This document shows, in pieces, positions 1-9,772 of a stretch of DNA of 64,000 nt. The notes below the pieces were generated by a model. It did not search any database. It was not told where the DNA came from and worked only from the letters and a program-made list of their open reading frames with translations. The position numbers were made by a program, and so were the translations under genes. Each line of letters starts with the position of its first letter. Position 1 is the stretch's first letter. The DNA comes from an uncultured Acetatifactor sp. Lineage in GTDB: Bacteria; Bacillota; Clostridia; Lachnospirales; Lachnospiraceae. The DNA lies in the NCBI GenBank assembly GCA_947631615.1, contig CANRLX010000008.1:1384-65383 (forward strand). Direction: 5' to 3'.

Positions 1-1706
1 ATCACATAAGGAGTAATATACTTTTTGCTCTCCTGCTCCTCCTCGGTCAGCCCGCTGTCCGCAAAGACAGCCTGATAAAAGTCCTGATACAGGCTGGGCT
101 GGTGATCCCCAAACATACAGATGACAGTGGGCTCCTCCACCCTTTCAAAATAGGCGGTCAGATTCGCAAACGCCTGATCTGTCAGCCGCATCAAACTCAG
201 ATAGGTATTCACGTCGCCGAGGTAGCCGATCTCCTCCGCCGGCGTAGAACCCACTGACGTCACATTGACCGTAATATCCGTCTGATAGTAGTAGTCCGCA
301 TGATTTTGGATCGTCACGTCAAACAGGAAGAACGGCTTTTCAGGATCCCTGTGCTCATACCGCCAGATGATCTCGTCAAAATTGCAGTCATCGGACACAA
401 AACTCCCCACATAACGGCAATCCACCTGAAAGTTGTCCACATCCACAAACGTATCAAAGCCAAAATAGTAATACACCCCATCCCTGTTCCATGCGCCCGC
501 TCCGCTGGGGTGCATCGCCATAGTCTGGTAACCCTGTTCCCCCAGCACCCGAGGCAGCGCGTACATCTCATGGTTGACCTGAAGCTGATAGGGAATGGCG
601 GAAGGGGAGAGAAATGCCAGACTGTCTCCGGTCAGCGCCTCAAACTCTGTGTTGGCGGTCAATCCTCCCAGGACCTTGACCACCAGATTTCCCCTCTGAA
701 GATTCCCCTCCGCATGATCCACAAAGGGCATAAATTCCGTTGTCGTCTCCAAATCTCCTAGGACACGCAGATCCGACCACGCCTCATTCATAATCAGGAT
801 AATGTTAGGACATGTGACCTCCTCCGTCAAGTACGGCTGATAGCTGCTTTCTATCTGCTCTGCCAATTCCGTCAGCACCTCCTGGGAATACCCCTCCGGC
901 TTTGACATCGCTCCCTCTCGGATGGCGATTCCAAAATTCAAAAGGAAACCGTTTAATTCCAGATTATCCCGAAGGTTCCAATAATGCCCCTTCAGGTCAT
1001 ACCGTTCCAGGTAACCGGAACCGTTCCAAAAAAAGGCAAAGAGCAGGATCCCCATAGCGCCCGCGAAACTGACCCCCACATGATAGCGTTTCCGGCTGGC
1101 ACAGGGGATCTCGCACCAAAAACCCCAGGCAATAAAAACAATAAAGTACAAGATGCTGTACCACTCCTCCGGGCTGATGACAAACCGATAGTTGTCCGCC
1201 ACAGACAGAGCGGTTTTCGCCGCCAGAAGCTGATCGAAGGTCAGACAGTCCCCTCGAAACTGCACTACATAATAGTTTGCCAAAAAAGCGGCTAACAGCA
1301 GGATATTTCCTATCCCCAATGCCAGCGACACACGCTGGGTGACCAGCAACAGCACCGCGTAGATCAAAAGAATTATAAAAACCGTCGCCAAAAGCACTCC
1401 CGGCTGAATACGCACCATATCATGCACCGGCAGCTCCGTCCTCTCAAAGATCCGCCTGGGGACCAGGAACAGGTACAGCCCAAGGGACAGAATCGCCGCC
1501 CAGCGGCCTGTAGGGCGCGGGATCACAACAAATGCTGCCGCGGCGGCACATAGGAAGCTATATACAAAAAAGCGCTTATTAAAACCGGAAAACAGATAGT
1601 GACCGGAGAGGGAAAACAGCAACACAAACAGAAATGTCCCGACGATAAGCTTTCTCTTGTCCACCCGTCCCTCCTGGAACAGCCGCACCTTCCATTTCTG
1701 TAACAT
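1..1706 (-). CDS. LTA synthase / sulfatase family membrane protein (3' end runs off window)
   Basis: Not in the ORF track because it has no stop in the window. Manual translation from ATG 1706 (RBS GGAGG) gives N-terminal TM helices and the motifs NIILIMNEAWSD, GGLTANTEFEALTG, VTIQNH and MFGDHQP. Confidence 0.85.
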   Translation of the reverse strand, partial: MLQKWKVRLFQEGRVDKRKLIVGTFLFVLLFSLSGHYLFSGFNKRFFVYSFLCAAAAAFVVIPRPTGRWAAILSLGLYLFLVPRRIFERTELPVHDMVRIQPGVLLATVFIILLIYAVLLLVTQRVSLALGIGNILLLAAFLANYYVVQFRGDCLTFDQLLAAKTALSVADNYRFVISPEEWYSILYFIVFIAWGFWCEIPCASRKRYHVGVSFAGAMGILLFAFFWNGSGYLERYDLKGHYWNLRDNLELNGFLLNFGIAIREGAMSKPEGYSQEVLTELAEQIESSYQPYLTEEVTCPNIILIMNEAWSDLRVLGDLETTTEFMPFVDHAEGNLQRGNLVVKVLGGLTANTEFEALTGDSLAFLSPSAIPYQLQVNHEMYALPRVLGEQGYQTMAMHPSGAGAWNRDGVYYYFGFDTFVDVDNFQVDCRYVGSFVSDDCNFDEIIWRYEHRDPEKPFFLFDVTIQNHADYYYQTDITVNVTSVGSTPAEEIGYLGDVNTYLSLMRLTDQAFANLTAYFERVEEPTVICMFGDHQPSLYQDFYQAVFADSGLTEEEQESKKYITPYV

Positions 1707-1790
1707 GTTGTATCCCTCCACGAATGGCTTTATCGGTTTTCGTAATTCCATGCACTGCGCGCCGGAAAACGCTCTGTCTTTTCACATCCT

Positions 1791-4094
1791 TCAGGCAATT
1801 TCCACATCCACGCACGCGGGGCAGTGCTCGGAAGAGCTGCCCACATACAGCCGGAAGTCCCCGGGCTCTACCACAAAGGCTTCCTCCTCCACATCGTAAA
1901 ACGCAAACGCCCGATAGGGCAGCTTCAAACTCACGCTCTTCGTCTCTCCCGGCCGTAAAAACACCTTTTGATAGGCCCTCAGCTCCTTGACGGGCCTCTC
2001 CACACTGCACGCACAGTCCGCCACATAGCACTGAATCACTTCCGCACCCTCCAGGGCGCCGGTGTTGGTCACATCCGCGCATATTGTGACAGCAATGTCA
2101 TCTTCATTTCTCTCCGTTTCAGACGAGGATAGGCCCGCCTGTGACAGCACCCTCACATGATCTATGGAAAACTGTGTGTAGGACAGCCCGAATCCAAAGG
2201 GAAACGCCGGCCGGATCCCCTCCTTCTCATAGTAGCGGTAGCCCACAAAGATCCCTTCCCGATACTCCACGGAACCCTCCTTGCCAAACTCGCCGTTTTT
2301 CGCGGTCACCGTGTCGTGGTATGCCACGGGAAAGGTTTCCGGCAGCCTGGCGGAGGGATTGACCTGCCCGAGCAGGATCTCCGCCAGCGCGGTGCCGGTC
2401 TCCATACCGGAATAGTAACACCACACCAGCGCCTTTGCCCTAGACCGCCAGGGCATCTCCACCGGAGAGCCCGCCACCATTACGACGATCATGTCAGGTT
2501 TTACGTCCAGAAGCGCCTCGATCAGTTCGTCCTGTCCATAGGGAAGCCGCATATCCGTCCGGTCTCTCCCCTCCTGATCGTAGTCGTGGTTGAGCCCTCC
2601 CACAAAGATCACCTCGTCCGCCTGCGCCGCCAGAGCACAAGCTTCCTCTCTCAGACGCCTGCGCCGCTCCAGGATCTCCTCCCGACGGCTCTTCTGCTCC
2701 TCCTTAGTACCCTCAAAGGCGACCCCGTCCATGATCTGACGCTCCAGGCTGGCCGCCTGCCAGTTGATCTCGTCCGACGCCTTCTCCTGTGGAATGTAAT
2801 ACCCCTCCGCGTAGGCGATCTCCACATTGCCGCCCAATGCTTTCTTTAGTCCCATCAGCGGAGAGACCTCATAAAACGCCTTGATCTCCGCGCTGCCTCC
2901 GCCCGCCGCGTGAAAGCGCACGGCATTTTGCCCGATCACGGCGATCCGGCATTTGCGGGGTGCCTGCGCCGCGGCATCCGCCTGCGCCGTGCGGTCTTCA
3001 TATCTCAGCTTCACCCGATCCTCGGTGATCGGCAGGATCCGCTGTTCATTCTTCAAAAGCACAATCGCTTCCTCGGCGGTCTGCCGGACCGCACGACGGT
3101 GCTCTTCCGAATTGTATTTTCCGGCCTTTCGGTTTTGCGCCCCAGGCCCCAGCATTTTCAAGCGGAACATCAGGCGGAGGATGTTCTCCACCTTCCTGTC
3201 GATCTCCTCCTCGGAGACCTCTCCCTTCTCCACCGCCTGCCGCAAGGGCTCCGCAAAGAAATACTGATCAAAATCCGTGGTCACGCTCATCTCCACATCG
3301 ATAGAAGCGTTTGCGGCTTCCCTTGTGGTATGGACAGAGCCCCAGTCACTTATGACAACTCCGTCATATTCCCACTTCTCCCGCAGCACATGATCCAAAA
3401 GCTCCCGATTCTCACTGCAGTGTGCGCCGTTTAGCTTATTGTAGGCGTTCATCAGCGACAGGCTCTGGCCTTTTTGTACCGCCGCCCGAAACGCGGGATA
3501 GTAAATTTCCTGAAGCGTCCGCTCGTCTACCACCGTGTCCACCCACAGGCGGTCGGTCTCCTGATTGTTCGCCGCAAAATGCTTCACGCACGCCGCCACG
3601 TCGCTCTCCTGCACCCCTTGAATAAAAGGGACCGCAAGGGTCTCGATCAGACAGGGATCTTCGCTCATATACTCAAAATTACGCCCGCACAGGGGATCCC
3701 GCTTGATGTTGATACCGGGCGCAAGAATCACATCCTTGCCCCGCCCTCTGGCCTCCTCCCCGAGGACCCTGCCGCTCTCGCGGGCACGATCCGGATTCCA
3801 GGTCGCCGCCAGCGCGCTGTTGCTGGGATTATAGGTCACGTAGTCGTCGCTGTACCCAACCGGAATCCAGCTGTCGTCGGGAAATTCCTGCCGCACCCCC
3901 ATAGGCCCGTCCGACATCTTGAGCTCCGGAATCCCCAGCCGCTCCACCGCCGCAGTATGGAAAAAAGCGTTTCCATGGATCATGGAGATCTTCTCCTCCA
4001 GGATGAGCTGCCGCAAAAGGCATTGTATGGCATCCTCCGAATCCTTTGGGGCGGGTACGGCGCGCTGCACCAGTTTTATTTTCTTATTTACCAT
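1791..4094 (-). CDS. GH3 beta-glucosidase with fibronectin-III C-terminus
   Basis: SDGPMGVR, GRNFEYMSEDP, KHFAANNQE and VISDW (nucleophile) motifs; PFGFGLSYT. Confidence 0.93.
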   Translation of the reverse strand: MVNKKIKLVQRAVPAPKDSEDAIQCLLRQLILEEKISMIHGNAFFHTAAVERLGIPELKMSDGPMGVRQEFPDDSWIPVGYSDDYVTYNPSNSALAATWNPDRARESGRVLGEEARGRGKDVILAPGINIKRDPLCGRNFEYMSEDPCLIETLAVPFIQGVQESDVAACVKHFAANNQETDRLWVDTVVDERTLQEIYYPAFRAAVQKGQSLSLMNAYNKLNGAHCSENRELLDHVLREKWEYDGVVISDWGSVHTTREAANASIDVEMSVTTDFDQYFFAEPLRQAVEKGEVSEEEIDRKVENILRLMFRLKMLGPGAQNRKAGKYNSEEHRRAVRQTAEEAIVLLKNEQRILPITEDRVKLRYEDRTAQADAAAQAPRKCRIAVIGQNAVRFHAAGGGSAEIKAFYEVSPLMGLKKALGGNVEIAYAEGYYIPQEKASDEINWQAASLERQIMDGVAFEGTKEEQKSRREEILERRRRLREEACALAAQADEVIFVGGLNHDYDQEGRDRTDMRLPYGQDELIEALLDVKPDMIVVMVAGSPVEMPWRSRAKALVWCYYSGMETGTALAEILLGQVNPSARLPETFPVAYHDTVTAKNGEFGKEGSVEYREGIFVGYRYYEKEGIRPAFPFGFGLSYTQFSIDHVRVLSQAGLSSSETERNEDDIAVTICADVTNTGALEGAEVIQCYVADCACSVERPVKELRAYQKVFLRPGETKSVSLKLPYRAFAFYDVEEEAFVVEPGDFRLYVGSSSEHCPACVDVEIA

Positions 4095-4127
4095 GGATCT
4101 TTCCTCCTCATTTTACAATAGAATCCT

Positions 4128-5348
4128 TCAGCGTTCGCTGCACACCTGAAAGATATAAAATTTTAAATAATAGGAATTGTCCGCGGCCCACAGAATGGGA
4201 TGGTCGCAGCCCTGGGTGCGAAACTCCACCTGGCGCAGCCGCCTGTGGGCACCGTTTGCCGCCTCCCGAATGGTCTTGGCAAACAGCTCCGGCTCCATGA
4301 AATGCGAGCAGGAGCAGGTGGCCAAATAACCGCCGTCGCGCACCAGCTTCATTCCTCTCAGATTGATCTCCCGATAGCCCTTCACGGCATTTTTCACGGA
4401 GCTTCGGGATTTGGTAAACGCCGGCGGATCCAGGATCACCACATCGAACAGCTCTCCCTGTTCTTCCAGCTGGGGGAGCAGCTCAAACACATCCGCGCAC
4501 CGAAAAGATACGATATCCTCCAGGTGGTTCCGTTTCGCATTTTCTACCGCCTGATCCACCGCAAGCTTAGACGCGTCCACACCAAGGACGCTCCTGGCTC
4601 CGGCTATGCCGGCGTTTAAGGCAAAGGAACCGGTGTGGGTAAAGCAGTCCAGCACCTTCTTCCCTCTGCAGATCCTGTGGATCGCGGCGCGGTTGTTTTT
4701 TTGATCCAAAAAAAAGCCGGTTTTCTGGCCGTCCTCCACGTTGACCACATATTTCACGCCGTTTTCCACGATCTCCACCTTCGTGTCAAAGGGTTCCCCG
4801 ATAAATCCCTTGCACCGCTCCATGCCCTCCTGCTCCCGCACTTTCGCGTCGCTTCTCTCGTAGACGCCGCGAATCCTTATCCCATCCTCCGCGAGAACTT
4901 TTTTCAGGGCCTCCACAATGACATACTTCCAGCGGTCGATCCCCAGCGCCAGCGATTCCACCACCAGCACGTCCTCAAACTTGTCCACCGTGATGCCGGG
5001 CAGAAAATCCGCCTCCCCGAAAATCACGCGGCAGCTGGAGGTATCGATGGTTTCCTTGCGATAGCTCCACGCATCGCGCACCCTTTGCTCGAAAAACGCC
5101 TCGTCGATAACGGTTTCCTTTTTTCGGGAGAGCAGCCGGACGGCAATTTTGGATCGCGTATTGAGATAGCCGTATCCCAAAAAATAATCGTCAAAATCGT
5201 GTATCGCCACAAGGTCGCCGTTTTCAAACGTCCCCTCGATCCGATCAATCTCGTTGTCGTATATCCACAGTCCTCCCGCCTTTACGGTTCGCCCCTCCCC
5301 CTTTTTCAGGAGTACGCGGGCCTGATTATCGTTTCCCTTCATGGTCAT
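4128..5348 (-). CDS. rlmI: RlmI-like class I SAM-dependent rRNA m5C methyltransferase
   Basis: PUA-like N-terminus, GQKTGFFLDQ, LDCFTHTGSF, ILDPPAF, TCSCS. Start is at 5348 or 5342. Confidence 0.85.
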   Translation of the reverse strand: MTMKGNDNQARVLLKKGEGRTVKAGGLWIYDNEIDRIEGTFENGDLVAIHDFDDYFLGYGYLNTRSKIAVRLLSRKKETVIDEAFFEQRVRDAWSYRKETIDTSSCRVIFGEADFLPGITVDKFEDVLVVESLALGIDRWKYVIVEALKKVLAEDGIRIRGVYERSDAKVREQEGMERCKGFIGEPFDTKVEIVENGVKYVVNVEDGQKTGFFLDQKNNRAAIHRICRGKKVLDCFTHTGSFALNAGIAGARSVLGVDASKLAVDQAVENAKRNHLEDIVSFRCADVFELLPQLEEQGELFDVVILDPPAFTKSRSSVKNAVKGYREINLRGMKLVRDGGYLATCSCSHFMEPELFAKTIREAANGAHRRLRQVEFRTQGCDHPILWAADNSYYLKFYIFQVCSER

Positions 5349-5351
5349 TTC

Positions 5352-5405
5352 CCTTCATGGTTGGTTCCTCCTTCATGGTTGGTTCCCCCTTCATGGTTGG
5401 TTCCT
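5352..5405. repeat. 18-bp tandem repeat x3 (CCTTCATGGTTGGTTCCY) plus a partial copy at 5335-5345
   Basis: Read directly; it spans the ogt stop / rlmI start junction. Confidence 0.9.
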
Positions 5406-5945
5406 CTTCTTTGCCTTTGATATTGCCGCTCCCTCCAGCGCCAACAGCGCCTCCTTCATGGGAAGCCCGCCGCCAAATCCCACCAGTCCGCCGTCCGCAC
5501 CGACGACTCTATGGCAAGGAACAATGAGCATAATGGGGTTGCGGTTACATGCCATTCCCACCGCGCGGGCGCCCCCGGGACATCCCACCTGGTTCGCAAT
5601 CTGTCCGTAGGTGCGGGTCTCCCCATAGGGGATCCTTTGCAGCGCCTCCCAAACCCTTCGCTGAAAGGCGGTTCCCTCCATGTGCACGGGAACCGTAAAA
5701 CCGGTGCGCCTTCCGTCGATAAACTCCAGAACCTGGCTTTCCGTTTTTTGCAAAAGCGGAGTGTCCTCCAGCCGAACCTCCAGAACCTCCCCGTCGGCCC
5801 GCCGCGCTCCCCTGACGCGGGATGACGCTTTTTGCCCAGGCTCCTCCGTCTTTTCCCAAGCTCCGGTGAGACGCACCAGCGCGCCGTTTTCTTCCTCTAT
5901 GTACAACCGCCCCAGCGCGGTGTCCAAATATTTTCCGTATCGCAT
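5391..5945 (-). CDS. ogt: methylated-DNA--protein-cysteine methyltransferase
   Basis: GTAFQRRVW, IPYGETRTYG, RAVG and the active-site PCHRV. Confidence 0.93.
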   Translation of the reverse strand: MRYGKYLDTALGRLYIEEENGALVRLTGAWEKTEEPGQKASSRVRGARRADGEVLEVRLEDTPLLQKTESQVLEFIDGRRTGFTVPVHMEGTAFQRRVWEALQRIPYGETRTYGQIANQVGCPGGARAVGMACNRNPIMLIVPCHRVVGADGGLVGFGGGLPMKEALLALEGAAISKAKKRNQP

Positions 5946-5976
5946 ACTCCCCGCCCCTTCATACTCCCCGCCCCTT
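5943..5976. repeat. 17-bp perfect tandem duplication (CATACTCCCCGCCCCTT x2) covering the ogt RBS and ATG
   Basis: Read directly. Confidence 0.9.
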
Positions 5977-6066
5977 CATCCTTCCGGCGCTTTTCCCAAC
6001 GCCGCTCGGAAATAACCTCTTTCTCAAAAAATAACGGGTTTTATCTCTATATTATTCTTTTTTCCC

Positions 6067-6095
6067 TTGACAATCAATCTCTTTTTATTTATTAT
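6067..6095 (+). promoter_or_regulatory. sigma-A promoter of tRNA-Pro
   Basis: TTGACA-17 nt-TATTAT just upstream of the tRNA. Confidence 0.75.
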
Positions 6096-6112
6096 TGTAA
6101 TGTTGATGATTG

Positions 6113-6186
<74 letters not shown>

Positions 6187-6216
6187 TTGAACACTGATAA
6201 AAGCGTTTTTATCTTT

Positions 6217-6993
6217 CTAATTTTCCCCCGCGGCCTCACGGTAAGCGGGGTTTCCTACGTCCGCCCACGCGTGCTTGTCGGAGGGGATCACGGAACCGTC
6301 CGACATTTTCACCGCGTAGGTATTGCGGATCGCCGTAGTATACTCCGTCCCATCCTCATTCAGGATCTCCTCATAAAACACAATCAGATGACATTCCCCG
6401 TTTTTGGAGACTCGGTCGTAGACCAGCGTCCGGATCGTGTTTCTCGGCTCCGTCTCCCCGTCCAGCACAACGCTCCCGGGAGAGAGCACCAGGTACGGAT
6501 TGCCCTTCGCGTCAAAGTAACTTTCGCAGGTATCTCCTATGGGCTCGAAAATTTCCCGAAACACCGCACCGAAGGCGCCCTCCACGGCGGAGGGATCCTC
6601 CCCCAGCTCCCAAGTGTTATTTTCTGCCGCCTCTTCCATAGCGGCCTGCTGTGCCCGCCGTTCCTCCTGCAGCTGCCTCTCATGCTCCTCTTCCTGCTTC
6701 TGCTCCACCCGAAGCCATCCCTGTTCCCTCTCTCGGGCACGCTGGGCGGCACGCGCTTCCTCCTGGGGCGTCAGACTCTCCGCGGTCTCCCCTGTCTGGG
6801 CAATCGCCGCCGTCTCCTCTGTCCCGACGTTCTCCGTGGGCGCTCCCCCGCGGGCATCCTCCCCCGCAGCCTGTCGGGAAGACAGCATACCGGACACCGC
6901 AAAGGGGCTCCAGATCACCAGCACAAAAGCGATGAGCAGCGCGGCGGCCATCACCGGCACGATCGCTCCATACGAATTTTTATCCGGCTTCAT
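6217..6993 (-). CDS. hypothetical membrane-anchored protein (N-terminal TM, E/Q/A-rich coiled coil, globular C-terminal domain)
   Basis: ORF with likely start MKPDKN at 6993, overlapping the upstream gene end. Confidence 0.7.
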   Translation of the reverse strand: MKPDKNSYGAIVPVMAAALLIAFVLVIWSPFAVSGMLSSRQAAGEDARGGAPTENVGTEETAAIAQTGETAESLTPQEEARAAQRAREREQGWLRVEQKQEEEHERQLQEERRAQQAAMEEAAENNTWELGEDPSAVEGAFGAVFREIFEPIGDTCESYFDAKGNPYLVLSPGSVVLDGETEPRNTIRTLVYDRVSKNGECHLIVFYEEILNEDGTEYTTAIRNTYAVKMSDGSVIPSDKHAWADVGNPAYREAAGEN

Positions 6994-8566
6994 ATGTGCT
7001 CTCCTTCCTGCGGCTCTCCCGCAGATAATTTTCTCCGATGCCCAGCACGATAAAGATCGTGGCAACATTCATCGCCTGCTGGAAACTAAACATATTGTTG
7101 ACCGTATATGCCAGGAGACAAAAGCCGCACGCCGTCACGATCGGATCCTTCCGCCGCCTCAGAAAACGGCAAATGGCGGTCACCATCATCCCCACATAGC
7201 TCACAAAGCCAAACACGCCCTCGTTTACCAGGATCGTCAGCCATTCATTGTGGGCGTTGGTCAGCCGGTTGTCGTCAAAAGTATTTCTCACCAGCTCGAC
7301 CAGCCGCTCGCTGCCGTCCGCATAAAGGTAGGACGGCATCCCGTCCGGCCCTATGCCAAAAAGCTTATGTAAGAGATCCTGCTCCTGAAAGCACATCACT
7401 CCGGACATCCAGGTTCCGCCGCGATTGCTCCCCCACGTGGGCGAGAAGGTCAGCGCACCCGCCGTATCTGTGACCGCGCCTCCCGTCAGCGTATTGACTG
7501 CCAATAAAACCACATACGACACAAGGAGCACCCCCACGCTCACACTGACGGCAACCGCCAGCGTGCGGAACTTCTTTTTCGGGTACTCCCCCTTCGCCTC
7601 CACCCCTCTCAGCCAGCACAGCACAATAATTGACACAGCTGTCATAATATAGGGAAGCCCGCTGTTGGTCAACAGCTCCGTCGTCGGCTCGATGTAGTTG
7701 ATCTTCCCCAGGCCGCTCTGACGCACCAGACAAATGACCAGGCACACCACAGACAGAATGACCAGTTCCGTCCAAAGCATACACATACGTTTTCCGTTGG
7801 GGACGGAGAAGCAAAACGCCGCGAGCAGCGCCACCGCCAGAGTCAAAAGTCCGCTGCTGCTGCCCTGTGTCACCAGACTGGCAAATCCCACCGCCACATA
7901 CGCCATCAGCAGGAGCCTTTTCCAGCGCTTCCACCCCGACGCCTGCCACAGCAGCGCAAAGCCGCCGAAGAAAACAGACACCATATAGCCGCAATACCAG
8001 TTGATATTGCCGATGGTGGAGATAAACATCGTATTGTCCACCTTCATATCAAAGGGATAGACCCCGAATCGATTCAGGATCCCCAGGGCAAACACCGCCG
8101 CAGATACCGGCAGAGCCAGGGCGGGGATCCACTCCCTGCGCTCCCAAAGCCTCCCTACGAAAAAGAAGGAAGCCACCAGCACCATCTGGGTGATCGTACC
8201 CATGTACCAGCCCTCCTGCCCCTCCAGGGTTACATCCTTATATGCGGAGAATGCCTGGGAAAACAGCACGCTGGCCAAATATGCGAGCGCAAAGAGCTCC
8301 GTCGACGAGAGCTGAATGTCGCTTACCGACGAAAGCACACGCTTCTTCCGTATTCCCAATAGCAGAGAGACCAACACATACGCCAAAAAAACCGGTATCA
8401 GAAGCATCGCCGTATTCCTGCTGCAAACCCGCAAAAAGGTAGATTTGTCCGTCCCGATATGTACAAACCCCTCCTGAAAGTAAAAGGGCATAAGGACCAG
8501 GATCATCAGCATATAAAAACAGATGATCACATCCAGTACCCACTTCAAAGCCTTTTGTGTCTTCAT
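6980..8566 (-). CDS. O-antigen ligase (Wzy_C/WaaL-like) family polytopic membrane protein
   Basis: About 12 TM segments; STIGNINW, GSNRGGTW, LFGIGPD and NAHNEWL motifs. Confidence 0.8.
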   Translation of the reverse strand: MKTQKALKWVLDVIICFYMLMILVLMPFYFQEGFVHIGTDKSTFLRVCSRNTAMLLIPVFLAYVLVSLLLGIRKKRVLSSVSDIQLSSTELFALAYLASVLFSQAFSAYKDVTLEGQEGWYMGTITQMVLVASFFFVGRLWERREWIPALALPVSAAVFALGILNRFGVYPFDMKVDNTMFISTIGNINWYCGYMVSVFFGGFALLWQASGWKRWKRLLLMAYVAVGFASLVTQGSSSGLLTLAVALLAAFCFSVPNGKRMCMLWTELVILSVVCLVICLVRQSGLGKINYIEPTTELLTNSGLPYIMTAVSIIVLCWLRGVEAKGEYPKKKFRTLAVAVSVSVGVLLVSYVVLLAVNTLTGGAVTDTAGALTFSPTWGSNRGGTWMSGVMCFQEQDLLHKLFGIGPDGMPSYLYADGSERLVELVRNTFDDNRLTNAHNEWLTILVNEGVFGFVSYVGMMVTAICRFLRRRKDPIVTACGFCLLAYTVNNMFSFQQAMNVATIFIVLGIGENYLRESRRKESTYEAG

Positions 8567-8615
8567 TCCCGCCTCCGAGTTTTTCTTTTTATTCTAATTA
8601 TCCTAAATGATAACC

Positions 8616-9674
8616 TTATCCTGCTTTTTCGTCAACCGACATTCTCCGGACAACACTGCGGTACGCCTGGTAGATCATCACAAAACCGAGCGGTCCCTTC
8701 ACGATTCCCCAGACTCCAAAGAGCTGGATGCCCGCGTAAAGGGACAATAAAACCGCAATCGGGGACACCCCCAGACGCCTGCCGATCAGACGGGGCTCCA
8801 AAAGCTCTCTCAAAAAAGCGCATACCACATAGAGCGCAATGCAGACTGCCGCCCTCGCACAGCTTCCCCCAAAGAGCTGGAAAATGCCAAGGGGCACCAG
8901 CACGATCCCCGTCCCCACAAAGGGAAGCGCGTCCAAAAGCCCCGCCAGGATCCCCCACAGCACCCCCTGGCGCACACCGCTGACTCCCAGCACCAGCGCC
9001 GCCAACGCCGCAATGCCGCTCATAATAATGAGCTGGGCGCGCACATAGGTGGCAATGTAGCGGATAATGCCACAGATGATCTCCAGGAGCACATGACACT
9101 CCTCGCGGTCCAACAGACGGTTCATAATGGCATCGTAATCCTTTGCCAGAAGAACGGTGGCAATGAGAAACACGATCAAAAATCCTCCCACGGACGCCGC
9201 AGCCCGAGCGTAGGTAAGAGACTGGGACAACACTCCGGGAAGCGTCTTTAGCTGAAAGTAGTCAAAGCCTTCCTGAATCCGTTTTAACACCGTTTCCTCC
9301 AGATAACTGCCGTTCACCCCCAGGGTATCGCCCACCGCTTTGCATATCCTGCGCACAAGAACGGTCAGCTCCCCCTCCAGATCCTCCAGGCCGGATATCC
9401 ACTCCGGAAGACTTCCCACAAACCAGGAAAACAGCACCCAGACCAACACCGCCAGAAGCACCACCGCCACACTCAAAAGAAGCACCGCGCCCACCTGCCT
9501 GTGGAGGCGGAAACGCTTCTCCAGCTTCTGCAGGGTGGGCCCAAAGATCGTCACAAACAGCATAGCGGTCAAAACGGGCGCCACCAGCGGCGTGATATAC
9601 CGGAGAAAAAAATACACCGCCGCCGTCAAAAGAAGCAATATCAAAATTCGGCTTTCCTTCACCTTTTCCAACAT
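8616..9674 (-). CDS. AI-2E family transporter (YtvI-like)
   Basis: LDALPFVGTGIVLVP and LLEPRLIGRRLGVSP motifs. Start MLEKVK is assumed. Confidence 0.85.
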   Translation of the reverse strand: MLEKVKESRILILLLLTAAVYFFLRYITPLVAPVLTAMLFVTIFGPTLQKLEKRFRLHRQVGAVLLLSVAVVLLAVLVWVLFSWFVGSLPEWISGLEDLEGELTVLVRRICKAVGDTLGVNGSYLEETVLKRIQEGFDYFQLKTLPGVLSQSLTYARAAASVGGFLIVFLIATVLLAKDYDAIMNRLLDREECHVLLEIICGIIRYIATYVRAQLIIMSGIAALAALVLGVSGVRQGVLWGILAGLLDALPFVGTGIVLVPLGIFQLFGGSCARAAVCIALYVVCAFLRELLEPRLIGRRLGVSPIAVLLSLYAGIQLFGVWGIVKGPLGFVMIYQAYRSVVRRMSVDEKAG

Positions 9675-9772
9675 ATTCCATCCCTCCGAGAGCGCTTCGG
9701 CTCCCTTGAGCCTCGATCCTCTGAGAATAGTATGCTGGATTTCAAACAGTTTATTTTTCAAAAGAGCAACCG

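Noticed and set aside
8616-9674. AI-2E transporter as partner of luxS
   Set aside because: It is 35 kb away, looks YtvI-like, and family membership does not imply AI-2 transport.
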